Shown piece by piece: positions 12,801 to 26,066 of a DNA stretch of 64,000 nucleotides. Source of the stretch: Okamejei kenojei (lineage: Eukaryota); contig CM069154.1 of assembly GCA_035221665.1 (NCBI GenBank), forward strand, positions 6,138,001 through 6,202,000, in the 5' to 3' direction. How positions within the stretch are numbered: the first letter of the stretch is position 1; each line of letters opens with the position of its first letter. The notes below the pieces were generated by a model, which worked only from the letters and a program-made list of their open reading frames with translations, made no database searches and was not told where the DNA came from. The position numbers and the translations under genes are program-made.

Positions 12801-15800
12801 TTTTTTGAAATAAATGATCAACCAGAAATATCTCGCTCTTTATTATGGGAAACATTTAAAGCATATCTTCGAGGAATTATGATTTCTTCACAAGCATTCC
12901 ATAATAAGAAGATTCGGAAAGGAACAACACGACTTAGAAAGGGAGATTAAACAATTAGATATACAGAATGCAACAAAATCAATATAATAATACATAATAA
13001 AATTGTAGCATTGAAGTATAAATTAAATAAAATATATACTGATCAAGTTTTAAAATACTACCAACATACTAAACAATTGTTGTTTGAATTTGGAGACAAA
13101 CCACAAAAACTATTGGCTCGACAATTAAGGAAAATTGAAGCTGAAAAAATTATACATAGGATTAAATCACAAAACGGTGAATTATTAATACAACCCAAGG
13201 ATATTAATGAAAGATTTATGCAATATTATAAAAAATTTGTATACTGGTAACACAACAGTAAATAAAACAGAAATAGATGCCTTTTTAAATGTATGTAACT
13301 TAAAAGAATTAGATTTACAAAATAGAGAACTATTAAATGCCGATATTTCAATAAAAGAAATCCAAGAATCTATTAAATCTTTAAAAAATGGTAAAACTCC
13401 AGGACCAGATGGTATAGGCTCGGAATTTTATAAAAATTTTTCATGACCAAATGGTCCCATATTTAAAATCATTATATGAACAGATATATACACAAGAGAA
13501 ATTACCAGATACACTGAACGAATCTATTATAACACTTATACCCAAAATAAATAAAGATTTGGATGATCCAGGATCATATAGAGCAATTGCTTTATTAAAT
13601 ACGGATCAAAAAAATTTTAACAAAGATTCTTGCACAAAGATTAAGCAAAATTGTTAACGAATTAATTCATCCTGATCAAACAGGATTTATACCTAAAAGA
13701 TATTCTTCATATAATCTAAGACGGTTATTTAATATCATATATTCGAAAAGAAGTGATAAAAAAGACTTAGTAGTCATCTCGTTGGATGCAGAAAAAGCTT
13801 TTGACCAGGTGGAATGGCCTTATTCTATTTTCGGTGATGGAAGCCTTTAAGCTTGGTGATAAGTTTACTACTTGGATTAAATTATTATATGCAAACCCAA
13901 CAGCTAGAATAATAACAAACCATATGTTATCATCTAAGTTTAGTTTATCTCGAGGTTGTAGACAAGGCTGTCCTTTATCACCATTACTGTTTGCGTTAGC
14001 AATCGAACCTCTTGCTCAAAGGGTAAGATTGCACCCAGAAATATATGGATATGATACTAAAGATACTAAGAATAAAATCTCGTTATATGCGGACGATATA
14101 ATTACTTTATATTACTAAACCGGAAATAAGTATCCGTAATTTGTTAAAACTAATAACGGAATTTGGTTTAATTTTCAGGATACAGTATCAATTGGAATAA
14201 AAGTGAACTTATGCCAATAACCATGAATAATTTACAGATATTACAACAATTTCCTTTTAAGATAACAAATGAAAATATTAAATATCTTGGTATTTTTGTT
14301 ACAAAAAGATTTGACTCTTTATTTAAGTCTAATTTCCCGTTATTATTGAATAAATTAAATAAAAATATCTTATACTGGAAAAAGCTTACCTATCTCAATG
14401 TTAGGAAAATAAACGCAATAAAAATGATTTCCTCCCACAATAATTATATTTATTTCAATCAATCCCGATATATCTCTCTAAAAAATTTTTTAAAAAAGTA
14501 GATTCAATAGTCACTAACTTTATCTGGGATTATAAGAATCATAGAATAAATAAAAAACATTTATGTAAAGCTAAAATAAACGGGGGTTTAGCTTTACCAA
14601 ATTTTATGTTTTATTATTGGGCAGTTAATATTAAAAATATGAATTTTTGGTTAGGAGAAATAGATAATAAAACCAAATTGGTTAAAAATGGAAAGAGAAG
14701 ACTGTTTTCCATTTGAAATTAGCTCTATAATATTTGCTAATATTAATGTACCTAAGAAAAATTTATAGTGAAAAATTTGATAATAGAAAGTGGAATACGT
14801 ATTTGGAAACAAATAAAGAAAACACTAAAACTAAAATTTATACCGCTAGGTCTTACAATTGCCAACAACTTTACGTTTAAACCGTCAATGATGGATAAAG
14901 CTTTTATACAATGGAAAAATAAAGGAATTTTAAATATAGGGGATCTTTATAAGGAAAATTCTTTTCTTTCATTTCAAGAATTACAACAAACCTACGGGCT
15001 TCATAATAATGAATATTTCAGATATTTACAAATCAGAAACTATATCTCTGCAAATACACAAGAACTCAGAAATAGAAAGAGTGAAATTTTAGATGAATGC
15101 TTGAATAAACATCCAAATACAGAAAAAAGATATCATACATTTACAATATTTTTGTTGGAAAGTGATATTCCATCATCGGAAATACATAGACAGCGCTGGG
15201 AAAATGAATTAAGTCAAATAATAAGTCCAGAAATATGGGAAGCTTAAACATATACATTATTGTTCTTTAAATGCTAAACATGCTCTTATACAGTTTAAAA
15301 TTTTACATAGATTACATTATTCTAAATCTAAATTACATAATATATTTCCAAAACTATCACCTATATGTGATAAATGTCAAATCTTAGAAGCAACTTTGTC
15401 ACATTCATTTACTAATTGTACGAAGATTCTAGAATATTGGAATGAAATATTTTAAGATAATCTCGAAAGTTATTAATATTACTATGATTCATGACCCAAA
15501 GTTAATCATACTTGGAATACCGGAAACGGAACAAATAATTACAAGGAATCAAAGAACTTTTATCGACTATTCTTTAATAATTGGGAAAAAAATTAATATT
15601 AAAATTTTGGAAAGGCCCTGTATCCCCAACAATTAAAATGTGGAATACAGAAATGACGGAGACACTTCACTTGGAGAGATTGAGACTTGTCCTTATGGAC
15701 AGGTTAGATCTCTTCAAGGAGATATGGTCTCCCTATATTAAATATCTACAGGGTCACAATGGTTCGGCGCAGGGACTTGACTGAGGCCTGAATATCTGAA

Positions 15801-16465
15801 TGGATGAAGAAATACATATAACAAATCATGAATGTATCTCCAAGAATGGATTATTTAGTAATACTTCAATCTCCATCAAACTTTTCACATTTTCTTTTCT
15901 ATTTTCTATTTTTCTCTCTATCTTCCTATCTTTAATTAAGGAAAAAAATATAGAAACATATTATATAAATTTTTAATACGTACACACTTATTTCTGTTCG
16001 TATGAAAAGATTATAGATGTCTTTAAACTTATAATTATATAAAACTATGTATTTTCAATTATACAATAATTATGAAATATAAAGTTAACAATAATACAAA
16101 CATTATTAATATTTTTGATAACATTATGAATATCATAAAACTTTGTTTAAGATTGGGTATTACATAGTTATATTAGCGGGGATTTCTATTTGGTAATCAG
16201 AAGAATATCTATGATTTGAGAAATCTAAGTGTATTGCTTATTTTAGAAATATACTACATATACTCCCAATTATATAAAATAAATAACCACGAAATGTATA
16301 ATGGATTAATATTACAATTAACATAAATAGTATTAATCGATAATCAATATGATATAATTTTGCATATTACACAACTTTCATGTCGTATAAGAGTGTACTC
16401 GATATATATTGTTTCTACAATAAAAAAAATTAAAAAATAAAAAAATAAAAAAAATTTAAAAAAAA
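9813..16465 (+). mobile_element. Full-length L1 (~6.65 kb) nested in outer L1 ORF2: 5' UTR, ORF1 9987-11091, spacer, ORF2 11961-15784, 3' UTR, poly(A)
   Basis: TSD AGAAAACGGAATTC(G) at 9799-9812 and 16466-16479. ORF1p, APE (GGDFN, SRIDY, SDH), RT (RQGCPLSPLLF, LYADD) and CCHC segments occur in order, with several 1-bp frameshifts. Confidence 0.95.
11666..11959 (+). CDS. Putative L1 third ORF (97 aa, hydrophobic, possibly membrane-associated) immediately upstream of ORF2
   Basis: ATG in catcaATG context, hydrophobic N-terminal half, basic C-terminal half. The stop is followed by A-ATG of ORF2. A homolog is present at 5491. Confidence 0.5.
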   Translation: MPEAFRLIANIVWLSQTTNILFVVFLLLLHSTKLFTYFSLFFYVYYIFQFEWSYTLEQWRYIREVYKRDLKFVYSVFGCKVRSTARTLGPYSRFPQT

Positions 16466-18134
16466 AGAAAACGGAATTCGCATCTGGAAACAAATAAAGA
16501 AAGCATTAAAACTAAAATCTATACCATTAGGTCTTACAATTGCCAATAATTTTGTGTTTTAAACCTTCAATGTTGGATAAGGCTTTTTTACAATGGAAAA
16601 ATAAAGGAATTTCTAAGATGGGTGATCTTTATAAGGAAAATACTTTTCTTTCATTTCAAGAGTTACAACAAACTTATGGGCTACACAATAAAGAATATTT
16701 TAGATATTTACAAATTAGAAATTACGTTTCTGCAAATATACAAGAATTTAGAAATAGAAAGACAGAAATTTTAGATGAATGCTTGAATTAACACCCAAAT
16801 ACGGAAAAAATGATATCATATATATATAATATTTTATTGGAAAATGATACCCCATCAACAGAAACATATAGAGATCTTGGAAAAAGGAATTAGGTCAAAT
16901 AATAAGACCAGAAATATGGGATGAAAGTCTACAACATATACATCATTGCTCGTTAAATGCTAAACATTCCCTTATACAGTTTAAAATACTACATAGATTA
17001 CATTATTCTAAATCTAAATTACATTATATTTTCCCAAAGATATCTCCTACATGTGATAAATGTCAAATTTCAGAAGCAAATTTGTCACATTCATTTACTA
17101 AACTGTATAAAAATTGTAGAAATACTGGAACGAAATATTTAAGATAATTTCGAATGTTGTCAATATAAGTATGACTCCTGACCCAAAGTTAATTATACTT
17201 GGAATATTTGAAACTGACCAACTAATAACAATGAATCAAAGAACTTTTTATTGACTACTGTCTAATAATTGGGAAAAAATTAATATTAAAATTTTGGAAA
17301 GGCCCTGCATTCCCAACAATCAAAATGTGGAATACAGAAATGTCGGAGACACTCCATTTGGAGAGATTGAGGCTTGTCCTTATGGATAGGTTAGACCTCT
17401 TCAGAAGGATTTGGTCTCCGTATATTAAATATTTACAGGGTCATAATGGTTCGGCGCGAGGACTTGACTGAGGCCTGGATATTTGAATGGATGAAGAAAT
17501 ATATATAATAAATCTTTAAGGGCGAATTAATGACGAATATTCTATTCTCCATCAAACCTTTCTTATTCTTTATTCTTTTTTCTATTTTCTCATATCTATA
17601 TAAAAAATTAGAAAATAGTATAGAAACAAATTATCTTAACCTCTTAATATCAGTACGAATATAAATATTTTTAACTTCATGAGAATATTATTAGTATCTT
17701 ATATTTTTAATTATATAAAATTGTGTATTTTTCAATTATATAATAATTTTAAATTTTAAATCAGTGATAACACAGATATTGTTAACTTTACGAAAATATA
17801 ATGAATATCATAAAAGTTTTACTAGTATTTCATATTATTAATTACATAAGATTTGGCATTATACTTAAAAATTAGAGACAAAACAAATATTATTAACAGT
17901 ATGAGTATATTGCTAATACTATAAATGTATTATTAGTATCATGTATTCTTAGTTATATAAAATATATAACCTTGAAATTTATAATTAAGAACAATACAAA
18001 TAATATTAATAGTATGAATTTATCATTAATATTATGTATTTTCACTATAGTAAAATAATGTACTCTGTTATTATTTTGTTTCTATAATAAATAAAATTAA
18101 AAAATAAAAAAATAAAAAAAAAGAAATACAGCAT

Positions 18135-18400
18135 GACACAGACCCTCCGCCCGATCGACTCGACGCCGACAAACAATTGTGACCCTGTCCTATATTCTAG
18201 GGACAATTTACAGAAGTCAATTAACATACAAACTGGCCAGCACGTTTTTTGGAGTCCAGGAGGAAGCCAAAGCACCCGGTGAAAACCTACGCGGTCACAG
18301 AGAGAACGCACATACTCCGGACTGAGAGCACCCGTAGTCAGGATCGAACCCGGATCTCTGAGGCAGCAACTCTACCGCTGCCCCACTGTGCCGCCCCTGA
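18135..18400 (-). mobile_element. HE1/V-SINE-like tRNA-derived SINE (tail at 5455-5476, split by the outer L1)
   Basis: Reverse complement has an A-box/B-box head (cacagtggggcagcggtagagttgc, ggttcgatcc) and the V-SINE central domain. Confidence 0.75.
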
Positions 18401-19383
18401 GCCACGGAGAGAAACAATGCAGAAGAATTCGCCCCATCATAGAGTGCCGACTATCAATCACTCATTTACACTCATCAATCTTTTATAGCTTTTATTATTT
18501 CCCCCACATTCTGATCACCTCCCCCAAAACATACATTTCGGGACAGCGCCCTCTAGTGGTGACTGTAAGGACAATCTTCCCCAGACACAACATATTTTCT
18601 CCTCCTCGTAAATAAAGGCGATCATATAAGTCCAGTTATCCAATCAAATATATGTTTTTCTCCGAATGAGTCCGGGGCCATCTTGACTAGTTTTTACGTA
18701 GCCATTTTGTCTTGAAATAAAATGCACTTACAGGCTCGGAACAACCAGAATCGATGTTGAGTTATTTAACCGTCAAACACAGCAACATGTGACAATAAAG
18801 TATTCCTATTCCTATTCTGAACCCATTGTAAGTATCTTATTGAATAAATAATCATCATAAGTATTAGCATTGTCCACTCTTTTAGTGCAATCCTCAAAAG
18901 TTCAATAATGTTTCTCAAGCATGATTTTCTCTTTTAAAGTCCCCGTCTATTATTCATTATAATTCTTATTTTCTTCATATCGTCCCGTTTTCTCAATCAG
19001 TCAGGATTCTATCCCTGAAGATCAATTCCGGGCCTAATGCTGGTTCATATCTGCTTCACTGGATATGGGCAGTGGGAATGAGAAGTGGAATAGCAACTCT
19101 TGGGATAATGCAATGCAATTGGAAATTGGAAGAGCCAGTAGATAGTTGAGGGATATGGTGCGAATGCAGGCAACTAGGCCTAGACCAGAATGTCAATTTG
19201 TTCAGTTTTACAGGTAGGGAGCGGAGGAAGGGTGGGGGCAAGGCATCGTTTCCATGTGTTGACCCAATAACTCCATGCTGCTTTGTTCAATGAAGATTAC
19301 ACAGGAAGCAGGAGATAAACGTCGCAAAGACGAAGCCATTTTCTTTCCTCCCATTAACGTTATATATTGTCTTCTTTCCTCAG

Positions 19384-19474
19384 TTACATGATATGGAAAG
19401 TGGGGCGATGGGTGTTCTTTGCCCTGCTTGTGGTGTGGACTATTTCAGTCACACTGTACACGAGAAAACCCCAG
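19384..19474 (+). pseudogene. Gene 1 transmembrane exon, activating type (Lys/Arg at the N-terminal end of the TM)
   Basis: cttctttcctcag|T TAC ATG...; translates (I)YMIWKVGRWVFFALLVVWTISVTLYTRKPQ. Phase 2-0 fits the stalk exon. Donor CAG|GTAGGT. Confidence 0.72.
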
Positions 19475-19753
19475 GTAGGTTTTAATGGGCATCAGTGGAA
19501 TAGCTGAATGCTCCAAAATCCATCAAAATATACAGGTCAATTACGAAAATCATGCAAACCCACGAAACCAAAACCCCTTTTCAAAAATATCAGTTCCGTG
19601 AGAAATATTATGGAACCTTTGTTAACAAAATTAATTGCAGAGCGCAATGTGGTTAATGTCAGAGTCCTTGATCGAGTTTCAGACAGGGTGTGTAAAATAA
19701 TACTGAGTTCGCAGTGTCAATGAGTCTGTTGACTTCACCATTGCCTTTTGCAG

Positions 19754-19801
19754 AGACGTGATGAACCATATCCTCACATTGTGGCCCCTGAGGTAAAATG
19801 A
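19754..19801 (+). pseudogene. Gene 1 probable last exon (short cytoplasmic tail)
   Basis: ttgccttttgcag|AGA; translates RRDEPYPHIVAPEVK*. Phase 0. AATAAA lies downstream near 20035. Confidence 0.5.
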
Positions 19802-20069
19802 AGACTCCTGATGACAGCGATTCCATTGAAGACTCTGCTGGAGGATCGGATGTATATAGAAGTATTTTGTCATTAGTTCTTAGGCTACAGTGTCCATATT
19901 CTCCCAGTGACCAAAACCGCCTCCGTCCTCCATTGTGTCTTTACTTATTTCCAATAGTGTCACAACTAATCTGCTGCGGAAAGTCTCGTCCAAATAATTG
20001 TTTGCTCCAATATTCCTCCTTGGTACATGTGATAAATAAATACCGTACCATACCATACGGTAGAATTAC

Positions 20070-20380
20070 TGCCGTACAATTACTGCCGTACAGCGCTTGC
20101 TGCGCCGGAGACCCGGGTGCGATCCCGATTACGGGTACTGTCTGTATGGAATTTGTACGTTCTCCCTGTGACCGTGTGGGTTTTCGCCGAAATCTTCGGT
20201 TTCCTCGTACACTACAAAAACGTACAGGTTTCTTGGTTAATTGGCCTGGTATAAGTGTACATTGTCGGCAGTGTGTGTAAGATAGTGTTAGCGTGTGGGA
20301 ATCATTAGTCGGCGCGGACTTTGTGGGCAGAAGGGCCTTTTTCCCTGCTGTATCTCTAATCTAAACTAAAAAACTAAATA
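20070..20380 (+). mobile_element. HE1/V-SINE-like SINE
   Basis: B-box-like gggtgcgatcc, V-domain (tgtatggaatttgtacgttctccctgtgacc) and an (ctaaa)n tail. Confidence 0.7.
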
Positions 20381-20611
20381 CCAAACTCTCATCTCCCGCC
20401 TTCCCCTCACCATCTGTTTTAGATTATTTATAACCAGCTGCCAACATAATAATTCACACCAAGTTCCAATGAACAATCAATTTGGGGATCATTCAAATAT
20501 ATTGGTTCCCAGTCCCACACAGTCTGCACTACAACATTCTCATCCTCACATTCAAATATGCCAGACACCTCATCTCTCGGGTACTATCTAATGTTCTACC
20601 TAATGTTATTC

Positions 20612-21345
20612 CACTTTTTAAGAAATGCGGGAGAAAAAAAAACAGGGAATTATAGACCAGTTAGCCTGACATCGGTGGTGGGGAAGATGCTGGAGTCAAT
20701 TATAAAAGATGAGATAGCCGAACATTTAGATAGCAGCAACAGGATCGCTCCGAGCCAGCATGGATTTACATAGAAACATAGAAAATAGGTGCAGGAGTAG
20801 GCCATTCGGCCCTTCGAGCCTGCACCGCCATTCAATATGATCATAGCTGATCATCCAACTCAGTATCCTGTACCTGCCTTCTCTTCATACCCCCTGATCC
20901 CTTTAGCCACAAGGGCCACATCTAAATCCCTCTTAAATATAGCCAATGAACTGGCCTCAACCACCCTCTGTTGCAGAGAATTCCACAGATTCACCACTCT
21001 CTGTGAAAAAAAAAATCTCATCTCGGTCCTAAAAGACTTCCCCCTTATCCTCAAACTGTGACCCCTTGTTCTGGACTTCCCCAACATCGGCAAACAATCT
21101 TCCTGCATCTAGCCTGTCCAAACCCCTTAAGAATGTTGTAAGTTTCTATAAGATCCACCCTCAATCTTCTAAATTCTAGCGAGTACAAGCCGAGTCCATC
21201 CTGTCCTTCATATGAAAGTCCTGTCATCCCAGGAATCAGTCTTGTGAACCTTCTCTGTACTCCCTCTATGGCAAGAATGTCTTTACTCAGATTAGCAGAC
21301 CAAAACTGTACGCAATACTCCAGGTCTCACCAAGTCCCTGTACAA
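20612..21345. mobile_element. Two CR1 pieces in opposite orientation (+ RT fragment to ~20770, - 3' end 20770-21345)
   Basis: NYRPVSLTSVVGKMLESII on the + strand; tagaaacatagaaa tail and [17 protein letters not shown] on the - strand. Confidence 0.8.
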
Positions 21346-21636
21346 CTAGTCCATGATTATGCTGCTGCCCTTGCCAAGGCAACGTGAGCTGCAAATGGAG
21401 TGAAGGATGGACGGTTGGTTTATGTGTTTACCATCAATCAGCGAAATTAGTTTCAGTCTTACTTGTTGTGATGGAAGGTCTCAGACATCAGCTGGTCCTT
21501 TGTGCTTTTTTGACTAGACTTCCTGCTGCCTTCTTCCTCATTTCTATTCCATTTATAATGTAAGTGTTTTTGTTAACTTTGAGGACAAAGAGCTGAGGGA
21601 CAAACAAGTGTTGCTCTGATCTCTACGAATCAAACA

Positions 21637-21673
21637 ATGTGGGTTCCGATTCTTCTCATTTGTTCCTTGCCCG
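21637..21673 (+). CDS. Gene 2 exon 1, signal peptide
   Basis: MWVPILLICSLP, 37 nt, donor G|GTGAGT. Paralogous leaders at 46210 and 60015. Confidence 0.85.
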
Positions 21674-22637
21674 GTGAGTAACAGACAGAGTGACATACTT
21701 CGATATTCAATGTTCTTTTGCGCCGTTTCCGCGTCACAGATGGTTTTTAAATGCTGGTGCTTTGGCTTTAGAGATACAGCACGGAAACAGGCCCTTCGCC
21801 CCACCAGTAATCGCCCCGCACACCAGCACTATCCTACACTCTAGGAGCAATTTACAGTTAACAAGAGCCAATTAACCTACAATCCCGAAGGTCTTTGGAG
21901 AGTGCGAGGAAACTGGAGGTGGCGGGTCACAGGGAGAACTTACAAACTTTGAATAGACAACAGCCGTAGTTGGGACAATCCTGGATCTCTGGAGCTGTAA
22001 GGCACCAACTCTACCGCTACGCCGCTGTGCCGCCCAAATCCCAAGTTAGAAATTAATACCGATGATGGAGTCTTTTCCCACATTTTACTTGTTCGTTAAC
22101 ATTCGTTGTTCGGTAGCCCTTTCCATAAACTAGGGCACTGTCTGATTCATCTCTACCCCACTGCGGACACTGGACTTTGTCTATGGAACTGGTGCGCTAC
22201 AATGCCGAGAGCTATATTCTGCATTCTATTCCTTTCCCCTCGCTTTACCTATTGTACTTTAATTTGGCTTCATTGTATTTATGTACAGTATTATCTGGTT
22301 AGATTGATAGCACGCAAAACAAAACATTTTGCTGTTTCTCGGTACACGTGGCAATAATATACCTAAACCTACCTTCCCTATCACTGCGTCACTAATAAAG
22401 ACAAATAGTTTAAATAATCTGTCTTAGCTTGATAGGATAATGTAAAGTTCACAAGTTATAGCAGTAGAATTAGGCCATTCGGCCCATTGAGTCTACTCCG
22501 CCATTGGTTGATCTCTGGCTCCTAATCCATTTTTCCTGCCTTCTCCTCATAACCATTGACACCCGTTCTAATCGAGAATTTTCAATCTCTGCCTTAAAAA
22601 TATCCACTGACTCGGCCTCCACAGCCCTCGGAGGCAA

Positions 22638-22984
22638 TTTGTTTTGTTTTTGTTTATTTTATTAGAAGTTAATACAGTACAAAACAATACAGTGGCACCT
22701 AATTTTAGGTGCCAACTATGTAATAACGTAATACATTCTATGTACAACCTCTAGTTTTATGTTTTTGAAAGGGAAATTTAAAAAATACAAGAAATAGAGA
22801 GAAGAAAAAGAGGAAAAATAGATAGTAGAAAATAGAAAAACGTGAAGTGTGTATATAAGAAAAGAAAAAGTAGAAAGTAGAAATAGGAGAAAAAGACCCT
22901 TAAAAAAGAAAATTTTCAAATCTTTGTTCGGAAATGTAATTCTACCCACGACCTGGCCTGAAATCAGTAATCTTTACGGTAGTG
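22638..22984 (-). mobile_element. Short L1-like 3' UTR fragment inserted in an older CR1 3' end (~22450-23150)
   Basis: T-rich tail with TTTATT and a purine-rich tract; the CR1 sequence resumes on both sides. Confidence 0.5.
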
Positions 22985-23401
22985 TTCCACAATTTAATTA
23001 CCCTCTGACTAAAGCAGCTCCTTCGCACCTCCTTTCTAAAAGAGCGCCCTTTAAATCTGAGGCTATAACCTCTGGTCCCAGACTCACCCACCAGTGGAAA
23101 CATCCTTTCCACATCCACTCTCTTCATGCGTTTCATTATTCTCTAAGTTTATAACCGTGATTTAGCTGCAAAAATATCTGAATGAAAGGAAAATGTCCTC
23201 TTCCATAAAGGATAATATTTCTAATGCGCTCTGTCTATCGTTGAAGGAGCAGTGGAATTAACATCCCAAATCGTTAAACTGAAGACAATGCAGGGAAGAT
23301 TCACAAGGAAGTTACTGGGACTGGAAGGCATACAATATAAGGAGAGGTTAGATAGGCTGCAGGCACAACAAACTCTCGGATTCTTGAGCAAATAAATACA
23401 A

Positions 23402-24877
23402 CTTGACTAAGTGGGACCCGTTGGGTCCCATATTCCCATGGGAGAGCTGGCCTCAAACGCAATATTCCACCTCTCCACCAATTCCAATATTGCTGGCCAG
23501 TGGGGGGGGGGGGAGGGGTGGAGGGGGCTTTTTGGAGCACTAGTATGGGTGTTGTGGGCCGAATAGACTGGTTTATGGAGGGCTAGTATGGACATTGTGG
23601 GCCGAATGGATTCTTGGGCCGGCAGCTCAGTCGCTCAGGCCTGGTGGGCTGGCAGCTCAGTCACTCAGGCCAGGTGGGCTGGCAGCTCAGTACTCAGGCC
23701 TGGTGGGCTGGCAGCTCAGAAACTGCCAGAAATTCTGCCCAAAACAGGTGAGATACTCTGTGAGAGAAAAGGGGAACGGGGTGGAGAATCAATTTATACA
23801 TTTTTCATCTTTTTCTGAAGATTACAGCAATGAAGGAGGAAATTCTATCTTGGCACAGGGAACAAATTAAAGGAGGGAGAAAATACTGGGGTGAGGTTTA
23901 ATACTTGCAAGGGGATTGCTTACTGATGGGCCGAAGGGACTCCTGGGCTGGTACAGGCCTGATGGGCCGAAGGGGTTCTTTAAAAATCTGAGTGAAATCT
24001 CAGTGAAAGGCACTTTTCTGGCGTATTCTTGGCCTGGCACAGGCCTTTTGGGCCAAAATGCTCCTCCTGGGCTAGTACGGGCATTTTGGGCAAAAGGGAC
24101 TGGTTCCTTATGGGCCGAAGATAGTGGTTTCAGGCAGGCCAAACAACTAATTTCATTTCATTTCCAATTGCATTGCAGTTTCAAGCACATGGCAGGCTGA
24201 TTGCATTTTCAATTAATTTCCATTGCCATTGTACTTTGAAGCACAGGGCAGGCTCAAGCCAAACAGCTGATTGCACTTTCACTTCATTTCCATTGCCATT
24301 GCACTTTCAAGCACAGGGCAGGCTCAAGCCAAACAGCTCATTGCATTTTCACCACATTTCCATTGCCATTGCAGTTTCAAAAACATGGCAGGCTCAAGCC
24401 AAATAGCTGATTGTATTTTCACTTCATTTCCATTGCCATTGCAGTTTCAAGCACAGGGCAGGCCAAACAACTAATTTCATTTTCATTTCAAGGGCGAACA
24501 AATCATTTATTCAAGTACATTGCATACTCACAGTGTTCTGTAGATTCCCAGCTCAGACAGAGAGTCGTGAGCGCTCCCTCGCCATCTTGCAGACAGACTG
24601 AGCCACGTCCACACTTCCAGGTTTTATAGACCCTCCCTCTCCCACCGGTATAATCCCTCGTGGCCGTGATTGACAGGAGAGGGAATCTCAATATATTTTA
24701 AACCCTAATAAGACTTTTATTTTTCATCGATGGGAAAAATCCTCGGGGCCTGCGCAGCGGAGGAGGACTCTAAGTAAGATGGCCTAAAAATCACAACCAT
24801 ATGTGGTAGCGTTTTTTCTAAAATCCAACCACAGTGCAAACAGGAAATGGTCAAGATGACACCTTTAATTATATAGA
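23402..24877 (-). mobile_element. Non-autonomous Helitron with internal minisatellites
   Basis: Minus strand begins TC (TCTATATAATTAAA) and ends with hairpin TGGGACCC-AAC-GGGTCCCA followed by CAAG (consensus CTRR, 1 mismatch). Inserted between host A and T with no TSD; the flanks rejoin into one repeat. Confidence 0.75.
24132..24490. repeat. ~68-bp minisatellite (about 5 units) inside the Helitron; a ~30-bp repeat (3-4 units) lies at ~23616-23720
   Basis: Recurring unit tttccattgccattgcagtttcaagcacagggcaggctcaagccaaacagctgattgca. Confidence 0.85.
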
Positions 24878-26066
24878 TGCGAGAGGAATTCAGCTGGTCA
24901 GGCTGCATCTGTGCAAGGAATGGCCAGGCGACGTTTAGGGTAGGCACCCTTCTTCTGACTACTGGAAGAAGCTGACATATAACGACTAGAGGGCAGACAC
25001 GTTGTGACATCTACTGTAAGTTCCGAAGAAGGGTTTCACCCGAAACGTCACCTATTCTTTGTCGCCAGAGATGCTGCCGGACCCTCTGAGTTACTCCAGC
25101 ATTTGTGTCTATCTTCGGTACAAACCAGCATCTGTAGTTCCCGCCTACGCATGAATTATAATTGAATTACTTACATTATAAAATTGCATTTCTAGGTTTA
25201 ATTATGTGAATTCCCTTATACTTATGCAAATAGAGTATTCATCATTTAAGTGGTTTCAATCGTCCACCCGCACCAACCCATTGCGCCGCAGAGTCCCCAT
25301 ACTGCACCACATTCCACCTCCATTCCCGCGGTCTTCCAGACTGTTCGGCCTCGGGGAAAGGAATGTGCCCTGACGACGGGTGCTGTCTTTGTGGAGTTTG
25401 CACGTTCTCCCTGTGACCGCTTGTTTCTTTTCTCCGGGTGCTTCGATTTCCACCCACACTCCAAAGGCGCGCTGGTTTGTTGGTTAATTGGCATTGGCTG
25501 CTGTAAGTTGTAAATTGTCCCCAGTGTGTGGCATCGTGCAAGTTTCCGGGATGAAGGCTGGGTGGCGCGGACATGGTGGGTAGAAGGGCCTGTTTCCGCG
25601 CTCAATTCCAAAAGACCTGAAACATCTTCCCTCAAGTCTACCCCGCCAGCTAGGACCTCTAGCTAGACTCTCCTACTAGTGGAAACATCCTCTCCACAAC
25701 CACTCTATCCAGGCTTTTCACTCCTCGGTCAGTTTCAATGATGTCCCCCACCCCTCATTATTCTTCTAAACTCAAGCGAGTAGACGCGCAGTGCCGTCAA
25801 ACATTCATCATATATTCACCCACTCATACCTGGGATAATTTTCGTAAACCTCCTCTGGACCCACTGCAGAGCCAACTCATCCTTCCCCAGATATGGCGCA
25901 CAAAAGTGCTCACAATACTCCAATTGCGGCCTGACCAGCGCCTGATAGCATCAGCATGACACCTCTGTTTCGGTATTCAAGATCTCTTGAAATAAGTGCA
26001 TGCATTGTTTTTGCCTTTCAAATTACCTCTCAACACGCCACCCCCCAACCCCCATCCCTTCTTCAG

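Larger units (their letters stand above)
5477..18121 (+). mobile_element. 5'-truncated L1 (outer), ORF2 from 5780 to 17471 (frameshifted), carrying nested CR1 and L1 insertions
   Basis: 13-bp TSD AGAAATACAGCAT at 5464-5476 and 18122-18134. APE, RT (LYADD at ~9090) and CCHC remnants are present, and an A-rich tail ends at 18121. It interrupts a minus-strand SINE. Confidence 0.92.

Noticed and set aside
9813-16465. Calling the inner L1 active or intact
   Set aside because: It has multiple frameshifts. Many are in homopolymers and could be sequencing errors, so activity cannot be judged from this sequence.
24132-24490. CRISPR-like array
   Set aside because: Contiguous tandem units with no unique spacers, in eukaryotic context inside a Helitron.
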